From: Conexivisphaerales archaeon | GTDB lineage: Archaea; Thermoproteota; Nitrososphaeria; Conexivisphaerales; UBA164 | Direction: 5' to 3' | Assembly: GCA_030756715.1 (NCBI GenBank) | Contig: JAVBJD010000003.1 | Location: forward strand, 1 to 58,649 | DNA: 58,649 nt | Shown here: positions 46,532 to 54,050 of the stretch, in pieces | How positions within the stretch are numbered: position 1 is the first letter of the stretch | Layout: each line of letters opens with the position of its first letter | The notes under the pieces: model-generated | The model's input: only the letters and a program-made list of their open reading frames with translations | Told to the model about the DNA's origin: nothing | Database searches by the model: none | Program-made: the position numbers and the translations under genes

Positions 46532-47541
46532 GACATCACCGTGCTTGCCATAGGCATGGTCTTTATAACTGGAGTTAATGCTGGAGCAGAGAAAAGCCTT
46601 TTAATCTCTTCGTTGGCTTTCAGCACAGCTACCCTTGCGCCCTGCATTTCTATTGAAGTAAGAAATTCTCCAACCCAGCTAGCGTAAACCTTTAGCTGTA
46701 ATTCTTTTAAGTAATTCATTACATCCCTGTAAAAAACTAGCTTTTCCATATAGGGTGTGCCTCCAGTACCCTGAACTACCAGGATAACTTCGTCGCCTTT
46801 CTTTAGCTTCAAATCGTCCATCAGCTTGTCTACCATCATTTTTGCCAGCTGCGCTGAAGGAATATATTTTATTCTTTGGACCCCGGGTTCCCCATGGATG
46901 CCTATCCCGAATTCTATTTCATCCTCTTTTAATTCAAAGGAGTATTTTCCTGCAGCAGGGACGCTGCATGGCGTTAGCGCGACGCCTATATCTCTACCGT
47001 TATCTATCACTTCCTGAGCGATTTTTTTAACATCGTTAATTTCCATTCCCTCTTCAGCGGCAGCTCCCGCTATCTTATGCGCAAGCACTGTAATGGTCGT
47101 CCCCCTTCTCATTTCTTTATCGGGAAGGGCAACATCGTCGTTTGATATAACGAGGTCTGTTTTTATTCCATCATCCTCAGCGAGCTTCATGGCAGCTTTG
47201 AAATTTATCTTATCCCCTGTGTAATTCATTATTATAGATAACACGCCTTTTTCAGTAGTAACCGTTTTCATGGCCTGATATATCTGCATGGTTGAAGGGG
47301 ATGTAAAAACGGCACCGGCTATAGCAGCATCAAGCATGCCGTAACCAACATAACCGCTATAAGCAGGTTCGTGACCGCTTCCACCGCCGGTTACAATGGC
47401 AACCTTATCTTTCTTTTTGTTTTTTCTGTACACATTGTTGTATTTAGGGTCCAGTTCAATAAGATCTGGAAATGCTATGACGAGGCCTTCAAGCATCTCT
47501 CTGACTTCTTCCCCTGGTTTGTTCAAAATCTTCTTTATCAT
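46528..47541 (-). CDS. dhaK: dihydroxyacetone kinase, substrate-binding K subunit
   Basis: 'VAIVTGGGSGHEPAYSGYVGYGMLDAAIAGAVFTSPS' and 'IGIHGEPG' are present. ATG 47541 is preferred over the longer track ORF to 47649. It overlaps dhaL by 4 nt. Confidence 0.85.
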   Translation of the reverse strand: MIKKILNKPGEEVREMLEGLVIAFPDLIELDPKYNNVYRKNKKKDKVAIVTGGGSGHEPAYSGYVGYGMLDAAIAGAVFTSPSTMQIYQAMKTVTTEKGVLSIIMNYTGDKINFKAAMKLAEDDGIKTDLVISNDDVALPDKEMRRGTTITVLAHKIAGAAAEEGMEINDVKKIAQEVIDNGRDIGVALTPCSVPAAGKYSFELKEDEIEFGIGIHGEPGVQRIKYIPSAQLAKMMVDKLMDDLKLKKGDEVILVVQGTGGTPYMEKLVFYRDVMNYLKELQLKVYASWVGEFLTSIEMQGARVAVLKANEEIKRLFSAPALTPVIKTMPMASTVMS

Positions 47542-47651
47542 GTCATATAATAGTACTACCACGGCTTTATTTATTGTTATAAAATAATCAGGCAATAAAT
47601 CGCGCGATTGAATAAAAAACCTTAAATATGCTTCTTTTATAGTCCTCAATT

Positions 47652-48605
47652 ATGGACTTTGGATTTCTTAAATTCAGGCTTTCCATGTATCTAACGTTAG
47701 TTCTGATTGTTGGCTTTACAGCACTTTTTATAGGCATAATATTTGCGTTAGTTGGCATAACTAACATATTCATAATAACGGGATTTGTAGCCGTTATTAA
47801 CGTAATAGAATGGCTCTATGGGCCCAAGCTGATTGATGCGTTATACCACGTAAAGGAAGCACAACCTGGAGAGTTGCAAGAGATAAGAGATGCGATACAC
47901 AGGATATCTGAAAGAGCAGGGATAAAAGAACCAAAGCTTATGATAGCGGACATAGACATGCCTAATGCTTTTGCTTATGGCTCTCCTCTAACAGGAAACA
48001 GGGTGGCTGTAACACGGGGTATTCTAAAGATACTCAGCCCTCAGGAAATTGAAGCTGTTCTGGGACATGAGCTTGGCCATATCAGGCACAGGGACGTCCA
48101 GGTTATGCTTTTCGTTTCAGTGTTGCCCGCCATACTTTATTACATAGCATATACGTTTATGCTGAGCTCGTTCTTTGACCAGAGGGGCAACGCAAACGTT
48201 CTTGCTATAGTAGGCTTTTTATCTTTTATAGGTTACTTTTTACTGAACCTATTTGTCCTGGCATTCAGCAGGAGCAGAGAAACATATGCCGATCTGCACG
48301 CTACACAGGTTGTAGATGACGGCGCTAAAAAACTCAGGAGCGCACTGGCAAAGCTATATATTTATTCTTACGTTATACACAGCAGAAAGCCCAAAGAAGC
48401 CAAAAAGACTTCCACTACAAGGGCCCTATTTATAATAGATCCTTCGGCTCTGAACCCGGAGGATCTTAAGAGCCTCTCAATGGAAGAGGCCATAGAATAC
48501 GTATCATCGAGAAAGATGAGCACTCTAGAAAGAATCGAAGAGTTGTTTTCAACACATCCCAACATCATAAGAAGATTAAACACTTTGAAGAAACTGGAGA
48601 AGTAA
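47652..48605 (+). CDS. htpX: HtpX-like M48 zinc metalloprotease (membrane)
   Basis: The 'HELGHIRHRD' zincin motif is flanked by TM helices. A downstream 'ETYAD' supplies the third ligand. Confidence 0.85.
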   Translation: MDFGFLKFRLSMYLTLVLIVGFTALFIGIIFALVGITNIFIITGFVAVINVIEWLYGPKLIDALYHVKEAQPGELQEIRDAIHRISERAGIKEPKLMIADIDMPNAFAYGSPLTGNRVAVTRGILKILSPQEIEAVLGHELGHIRHRDVQVMLFVSVLPAILYYIAYTFMLSSFFDQRGNANVLAIVGFLSFIGYFLLNLFVLAFSRSRETYADLHATQVVDDGAKKLRSALAKLYIYSYVIHSRKPKEAKKTSTTRALFIIDPSALNPEDLKSLSMEEAIEYVSSRKMSTLERIEELFSTHPNIIRRLNTLKKLEK

Positions 48606-48606
48606 A

Positions 48607-48897
48607 ATGAAAGAGAAAGATAAACAGGTAATTTGGCTGGATTATTTCGATTCTAACATAAGCAGAAAGCAGGGCAGAAAGGTTGCAAAATCACTTGCAA
48701 TATCAGCGCCAAAGATAGAAAGCATAGAAGAAGGTTTAAAGAGGCTCGGGTTAAAGTACGAAGTGCATCAAGCGAAACACCCGAAGAGGCACTGGAAAGG
48801 GACCTATTATTTTCAGGTTGAAAAGAAAATGAAAAAACAGGAGCTTTTAAGAAAGTTATCTGAAGCTATTAAAGGCATCAAGACTTCTTCTCATTAA
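48607..48897 (+). CDS. srp19: signal recognition particle protein SRP19
   Basis: 96 aa with 'VIWLDYFDSNISRKQGRKVAK...SAPKIESIEEGLKRLGL', typical of archaeal SRP19. Confidence 0.85.
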   Translation: MKEKDKQVIWLDYFDSNISRKQGRKVAKSLAISAPKIESIEEGLKRLGLKYEVHQAKHPKRHWKGTYYFQVEKKMKKQELLRKLSEAIKGIKTSSH

Positions 48898-49072
48898 GCC
48901 ACCAGTTCAAATATTCTTTTTTCGCGTCCAACCTTGGCCTTGCCTTTTTCTTGTCTGAGAGCTCTATCAGCTGCTGCTTTGTTAGGTAAAGGCCACACTT
49001 TTTACAAACATACATCTTTGTAGAAATTTCATAAAAAAGGGGTCCACCGCACTCGGGACAAGTATAATCCAT
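48878..49072 (-). CDS. small zinc-ribbon protein (UPF0148/autoantigen-p27-like)
   Basis: 64 aa with 'CPECGGPLF...YVCKKCG' (CxxC-x14-CxxC) and a basic tail. Its 3' end overlaps srp19 by 20 nt. Confidence 0.5.
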   Translation of the reverse strand: MDYTCPECGGPLFYEISTKMYVCKKCGLYLTKQQLIELSDKKKARPRLDAKKEYLNWWLNEKKS

Positions 49073-49129
49073 GTTAGAAGGTTTTAACGCATGTTATTTT
49101 AATTTTTCCTAAAACTTTAATGTTGCTAG

Positions 49130-49151
49130 TGATTTGAGCTGTATCAAATCA
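49130..49151. repeat. perfect inverted repeat TGATTTGA-gctgta-TCAAATCA in a divergent promoter spacer
   Basis: Read directly from the sequence: 8-bp arms and a 6-nt spacer. It is flanked by two copies of AAAACTTTAA (49111-49120 and 49157-49166). Confidence 0.6.
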
Positions 49152-49171
49152 GCGCAAAACTTTAAAAATCC

Positions 49172-49384
49172 ATGTACAGATTTAGTATGAGTATGAATAA
49201 AGAGCTGCTAAATGTGTTTAAAATAAACGACAGGGTTAAAACAGATTTAAACGTAGAAGGTACTGTAGTCAATTATGTAGAAATTCAGGGTAAAATATAC
49301 ATAAAGGTCAGGTGGAAGAATGGCACCTTTGGCGTTTATGGCCCTGAAGAAGTTAAAAGGTACAATATAAAAAAGGTGGCGTAA
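49172..49384 (+). CDS. hypothetical small protein (beta-rich, SH3/KOW-like impression)
   Basis: 70-aa ORF. Internal ATGs at 49187 and 49193 are alternative starts. No motif recognised. Confidence 0.35.
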   Translation: MYRFSMSMNKELLNVFKINDRVKTDLNVEGTVVNYVEIQGKIYIKVRWKNGTFGVYGPEEVKRYNIKKVA

Positions 49385-49392
49385 CCTAAAAT

Positions 49393-50523
49393 TTGAGCGG
49401 AACTCCCTTTAACCTACTGTTCGGCTATACTCCAAGTTCACCCATACAGTTTATAATTTATATGATAATAATCTGGGTTCCGTACATCATACTCATAATC
49501 TATGGTCAAAGGCTTCAGAGCTACGCTATAATAGCAGACATAAACAGGTATCTCGTCAAGCTGAAGTATGATGCCGACCAGTCAAGGTCAAACCTGATGT
49601 CGTATCTTCAGAGAAAAGGGGTTTCCGGTGATGGCCAAAAAATAATTGAGAACATGATCGAAATGCAGACAATATTCCCGGTAAACCTAGATCCGGTTGG
49701 CATAGTAAAGAAGATGGAACACGTTATAAGGGTACAGGACGAAACGGTAAAATTGAGAATAAAAGAAATCATGAAGAACGCAAACGAAGTAGAAAGAACC
49801 GCAGTGCTCAACATGCTGGAGATAGCATCGGCTCTGGAGTATGTTTATAAAGTCGTTAGGCATTTCTATTTAATAGGAAAAAGGTTCCCTGACAACATAT
49901 ACCTTTTAGCCCAGTTGCAGATGATACTTCCAGGAATTGTTAAACAGGCAGATGCTTATCTTGCTGCAATGGGCGCTCTTGAAAAATCTCTTCCACTGGG
50001 GGACGCAATAGGTCCTATGGTTGTTGCAGAATGGTTAAGGGACAAAACCAAGATCGACCTTGACGAAGAAACAGTCTACGGAGAGAGCGTAATAAATAAC
50101 AGAAGAGTGGCCATAATCAAGGCTAAAGGACCGATGGCAAACGTGGGTAACCCCGACAAGGCGTTGCAGTTCCTTTTGGACGGTCCTTATAAAGACGCTT
50201 CGGCCATAATCATGATTGACGCGGCCTTAAAGCTTGAAGGCGAACAATCAGGCGATGTCGCTGTAGGCATCGGCGCGGCCATAGGCGGCATAGGAACTGA
50301 AAAATTTAACATAGAAAAAGTTGCAACTGAAAAGACGATACCGCTTTACGCTGTTATAATAAAGGAGTCTTTGTTTGAAGCCATTGCTGTGATGACGAGA
50401 GACATAGCTGAAGCGGCAAAGAAAGCCAGAGAAGCAGTTATAGACGTTATAACTAAGAACGTACCAGAAGGCGGTTCTGCTATAATAATAGGCGTAGGAA
50501 ATACGCTCGGTGTTGCTCAATGA
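49393..50523 (+). CDS. conserved archaeal membrane-anchored protein (DUF1512-like)
   Basis: 376 aa with a TTG start. It has one N-terminal TM segment ('FIIYMIIIWVPYIILIIYG') and a soluble body of about 330 aa. The family name is from memory only. Confidence 0.45.
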   Translation: MSGTPFNLLFGYTPSSPIQFIIYMIIIWVPYIILIIYGQRLQSYAIIADINRYLVKLKYDADQSRSNLMSYLQRKGVSGDGQKIIENMIEMQTIFPVNLDPVGIVKKMEHVIRVQDETVKLRIKEIMKNANEVERTAVLNMLEIASALEYVYKVVRHFYLIGKRFPDNIYLLAQLQMILPGIVKQADAYLAAMGALEKSLPLGDAIGPMVVAEWLRDKTKIDLDEETVYGESVINNRRVAIIKAKGPMANVGNPDKALQFLLDGPYKDASAIIMIDAALKLEGEQSGDVAVGIGAAIGGIGTEKFNIEKVATEKTIPLYAVIIKESLFEAIAVMTRDIAEAAKKAREAVIDVITKNVPEGGSAIIIGVGNTLGVAQ

Positions 50524-50705
50524 TGAAACAGAAAACTCCGCAGGTCAAGTATTACAGCGTTGAAGAATGCCCAAAATGCGGCTATAAAGTAAAAAGGGAG
50601 TTTAAAGAAGGGGACTATGTTTTGAAACAGTCTGGCCTGTGCCCCCGTGACAACACGCCCATGATTATCAGCATGATATATGCTGAAGAGCAGAAGTCCA
50701 GTTAA
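50520..50705 (+). CDS. small Cys-containing (zinc-ribbon-like) protein
   Basis: 61 aa with 'CPKCGYKV...LCPRDNTPM'. It overlaps the upstream gene by 4 nt (ATGA). Confidence 0.4.
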   Translation: MMKQKTPQVKYYSVEECPKCGYKVKREFKEGDYVLKQSGLCPRDNTPMIISMIYAEEQKSS

Positions 50706-50739
50706 AAGTTTATAAATCCTAAAATTTAAAAACCTTCTA

Positions 50740-51402
50740 ATGAAAATAGCCATTCTAGGGGGCACAGGGGACCTCGGAAAAGGGCTTGCTTTAAGGTTAG
50801 CAAAAAATAACGAAGTTATAATAGGATCGCGTGAAAAGGAAAAAGCAGAAAGGATAGCTTCTGAATATCGTGAAGAAGGCAAAAAGTTCGGCCTGGATCT
50901 CAGATTTTCTGGGCTTACAAATCAGGAAGCCGTGGATAATTCTGAGAAGATAATCATCAGTGTACCGCATGAAGTTCTTCCTCAGTTTTTATTGACCTTA
51001 AAGAATTACGAGGGGAAGCTTTTTGTTTCTCCAGTTGTTCCTATGGTAAAAACCAAGGCAGGTTTTTCTTATGAACCGTTCAGGGTTGGCGATAGAGAAG
51101 TCTCGGCAGCCGAGCTCATCAAATCCACGCTTGAGGGAGCAAGAGTCGCTTCAGCGTTTCACACAGTTCCGGCTATCAAGCTATCAGACCTTGAGGCTAA
51201 ACTGAACTACGACGTGCTCGTAGCTGCAGACGAGCGTGAAACTTTTACTGAAGTTGCAGAGATCGTGTCGAGCATCGAAGGGTTAAAACCATTTTATGCT
51301 GGTAAGCTTTATACCTCCAAGTACCTTGAGTCCTTAACTCCGCTTTTGCTGAACGTTGCTATAAACAACGGACTGCATTCCCCGAGCTTAAAAATAGTGT
51401 AA
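50740..51402 (+). CDS. npdG: NADPH-dependent F420 reductase
   Basis: 220 aa. 'MKIAILGGTGDLGKGLALRLA', 'VSPVVPM', 'SAFHTVPA' and 'LESLTPLLLNV' closely resemble the remembered Archaeoglobus Fno sequence. Confidence 0.85.
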   Translation: MKIAILGGTGDLGKGLALRLAKNNEVIIGSREKEKAERIASEYREEGKKFGLDLRFSGLTNQEAVDNSEKIIISVPHEVLPQFLLTLKNYEGKLFVSPVVPMVKTKAGFSYEPFRVGDREVSAAELIKSTLEGARVASAFHTVPAIKLSDLEAKLNYDVLVAADERETFTEVAEIVSSIEGLKPFYAGKLYTSKYLESLTPLLLNVAINNGLHSPSLKIV

Positions 51403-51403
51403 A

Positions 51404-52240
51404 ATGATGCTGGGTTTATCCTTAAGGCCTGAAGTCTTTAAACCTTCGGAAACTGTAAAACTTGCTGAAGAGCTCAGCTCACGCTATTTTTTTATACCAG
51501 ATGTTTCTAAAGATGTAGATCCTATTCAGCTATCTTTTTCTATACTCTTAAAGAACAGCAAGGCGATGGCAGGACCAGGGGTCGTAAGAATTAATGAGCT
51601 GCAGATCGATGAACTGATAAGGCAGATAAAGACGATAAACGATATAACTGAAAACAGGTTCTTTCTGGGAGTCGGACTCGGTTCTGTAAAGGAAGATGTA
51701 GGATCGACAATAGCTGAAATGAGCAAAAGGATCGAGGAGGTAAAAAGATCAACAAATACAAGGGTATTTGTAGCCACATTGAGAGAAGGGCTGGCAAAAA
51801 AAGTAAGGGACATAAGCGACGGCATAATACTTAATTTTTCAACTTTTGATCATGCAAAAAGAGTCTCATCTGTTTTCAAAGGCGAGAAAAGGGTTGTAGC
51901 ATCCTATTATAAGATTTTTGTCGCGCAAACCTTTGATGCGGCAGCCTATATGGCAGTTAACGAGCTACAGAAATATTCAGGGTACACACAGTACCTTGAG
52001 CTTTTCAGGAGAGAAAGCATAATTGAAGACATCTCCTATCTTTATTCTAAAAGGGAGGAAGCTTTGAGGAACCTGCAGGCCAAGGGCGTTTTAGCCGTTA
52101 ACCCGAGCACAGACTTCATTAAAAGCGTAGCTGAAGTTTTTTATAAAAACGGCATCGACATATTAGTAGTCTACCCATATTTTTCTTCTGCTTACTCTTA
52201 TGATAAAAGAATTGCTTATTTAAAAGGATTGTTTACATGA
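51404..52240 (+). CDS. luciferase-like monooxygenase (LLM) family, probable F420-dependent oxidoreductase
   Basis: 278 aa. 'LGLSLRP...LAEELSSRYFFIPD' and 'FFLGVGLGS' are LLM-like. It starts 1 nt after the npdG stop. Confidence 0.6.
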   Translation: MMLGLSLRPEVFKPSETVKLAEELSSRYFFIPDVSKDVDPIQLSFSILLKNSKAMAGPGVVRINELQIDELIRQIKTINDITENRFFLGVGLGSVKEDVGSTIAEMSKRIEEVKRSTNTRVFVATLREGLAKKVRDISDGIILNFSTFDHAKRVSSVFKGEKRVVASYYKIFVAQTFDAAAYMAVNELQKYSGYTQYLELFRRESIIEDISYLYSKREEALRNLQAKGVLAVNPSTDFIKSVAEVFYKNGIDILVVYPYFSSAYSYDKRIAYLKGLFT

Positions 52241-52288
52241 AATTTTCAAAAAACCAATTAATAAAAGGAATATGTTTAAAAACCCTGA

Positions 52289-52855
52289 ATGTTAAATCAT
52301 TTTGAACGATATTTGAAATTTCCAATTTGCACTTTTGATGCAAAAGTTGGGGTATTATGTCCTAAATGTGAAGATAGATTAAAAAATGGAGAAATTACAG
52401 AAGCTGACGTTAAAGCATCTTTTGTTCTGGCTAAGTTAGCAAACCAGCTTCCTGTTTTGGATAAGCTTACTCTTAAAAGGGCATACAAGGTCGGCGACGA
52501 CTATGTGCTTTTGTTTAACCAGGGTGAAGCCAAGCAGGTTTTAAACAACAGGCAGGTAATGTCAAAGCTTAAAGAAGCTCTTGGAAACGTATGGGTAACT
52601 GAACAGACATCCGATACCAGGCAGTTTTTGGAGAACTTGATGTACCCTATAAGGCTTTTAACGATAAACATTGTTTGGCTTCCAGACGGTTCTAGGCATA
52701 TTAAAGCGATAATTGCGGGGCAGGAAACCTCCAACCTTCCAATCGATTTAAATAAGGTCAAAGAAATAACTAAGATCATAACGGGGGATGAGATAGTGTT
52801 TGAGTTTGAAAAAGGAAAATTCGCCAAGAAGAGTTCAATCGCCAGAGCTCGGTGA
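52289..52855 (+). CDS. NusA-like KH-domain RNA-binding protein with N-terminal zinc ribbon
   Basis: 188 aa. 'CTFDAKVGVLCPKCEDRL' is followed by two KH-like segments, including 'FLENLMYPIRLLTINIV', which resembles NusA 'FI.NAL.PA.V..V'. The assignment is tentative. Confidence 0.45.
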   Translation: MLNHFERYLKFPICTFDAKVGVLCPKCEDRLKNGEITEADVKASFVLAKLANQLPVLDKLTLKRAYKVGDDYVLLFNQGEAKQVLNNRQVMSKLKEALGNVWVTEQTSDTRQFLENLMYPIRLLTINIVWLPDGSRHIKAIIAGQETSNLPIDLNKVKEITKIITGDEIVFEFEKGKFAKKSSIARAR

Positions 52856-54050
52856 AAATGAAGGTAAAACAGTAGAGCTGCACGGATGGGTACATGACGT
52901 AAGGGTACTTGGAAAACTGACTTTTCTGATCATGGGTGACCCCTACGGTTATTATCAGGCTGTATTGAAAGGGGAACTGGTTGAAAAAGTTTCAAACGTA
53001 CCCAGGCAGAGCTATGTGGTTTTAAGGGGGAAAGTTGTAAAAAGCAGGTCAAAAATAAACCCATACGAAGTTCAGGTTGATTCGCTTGAAGTTGTAAATG
53101 AAGCGGACAAAGTCCTGCCCCTTGACCCCGCTTCAAAAGTAGAGAGCGAACTTATGACGAGGGTAAACAACAGGCCCCTTGACCTGAGAAATGCCGAAGA
53201 AAGGAAAATATTTCTTATGCGGGCTGATACATTAAAAGTAACAAGGGAATTTCTGAGTCAGAAGAAGTTCATTGAAGTGGATACACCAAAGATAATAGCT
53301 ACAGCTTCAGAAGGAGGCGCAGAGCTGTTTAAGGTTGATTACTTCGGAAGGCCGGCATATCTCGCTCAGAGCCCACAGCTTTATAAAGAAGAGCTCGTTC
53401 TTGCTTTGGGGAGGGTTTTCGAAATAGCCCACTATTTCAGGGCTGAAAAATCAAACACCGTAAAGCACCTTAACGAATTCACGAGCATAGATATAGAATC
53501 TGCGATGATGCTGAAGCAGGACGTTATGGGAATACTGGAAGAGCTGATAAAGCATATTTACTCTTCATTAAAATCAATGGGTTATCAGCTGGAAGCTCCA
53601 AACTACAGCTTTCCGGTATACACTTACGAAGAGGTTTGCAAAAGCACTGGGGTAAAATTCGGAGAAGACCTAACAACTGACGTTCTGAACGAATTTGGAA
53701 AAGACAAGGGATTCTATTTCATAATCGAGTGGCCTCTTTCTCTGAAACCCTTTTACACAATGCCAAAGGGAGATAAGCTGAGCGAATCCTTTGACTTGAT
53801 GTACAAGGGCCTTGAACTCGCTTCAGGCGGTCAAAGAATTCACAGATACGATCTTCTGGTTGAGAGGTTAAAGGCTAACAACCTTGATCCTGAAAGCTTT
53901 TCAGAGCACCTTAAGGTTTACAGGTGGGGAATGCCAATACACTCAGGATGGGGACTGGGTTTTGACAGGCTGATGATGGTTCTTAGCGGTAGAAGCAACA
54001 TACGAGAGGTAGTACTTTATCCTAGAGACTCGAGGCATTTAGCTCCGTGA
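52800..54050 (+). CDS. aspS: aspartyl-tRNA synthetase (archaeal/eukaryotic type class IIb)
   Basis: An OB-fold start 'VELHGWVHDVRVLGKLTFL' is present. Class II motifs 'FRAEKS', 'ELASGGQRIH' and 'GWGLGFDRLMM' are also present. The only plausible starts are TTG 52800 or 52806. The first in-frame ATG would delete part of the OB fold. Confidence 0.85.
   Translation: MSLKKENSPRRVQSPELGENEGKTVELHGWVHDVRVLGKLTFLIMGDPYGYYQAVLKGELVEKVSNVPRQSYVVLRGKVVKSRSKINPYEVQVDSLEVVNEADKVLPLDPASKVESELMTRVNNRPLDLRNAEERKIFLMRADTLKVTREFLSQKKFIEVDTPKIIATASEGGAELFKVDYFGRPAYLAQSPQLYKEELVLALGRVFEIAHYFRAEKSNTVKHLNEFTSIDIESAMMLKQDVMGILEELIKHIYSSLKSMGYQLEAPNYSFPVYTYEEVCKSTGVKFGEDLTTDVLNEFGKDKGFYFIIEWPLSLKPFYTMPKGDKLSESFDLMYKGLELASGGQRIHRYDLLVERLKANNLDPESFSEHLKVYRWGMPIHSGWGLGFDRLMMVLSGRSNIREVVLYPRDSRHLAP

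Noticed and set aside
50517-50882. A 121-aa minus-strand ORF overlapping the small Cys protein gene and the npdG start.
   Set aside because: It is opposite a very well-supported npdG N-terminus (GGTGDLGKG Rossmann motif) and has no recognisable features.
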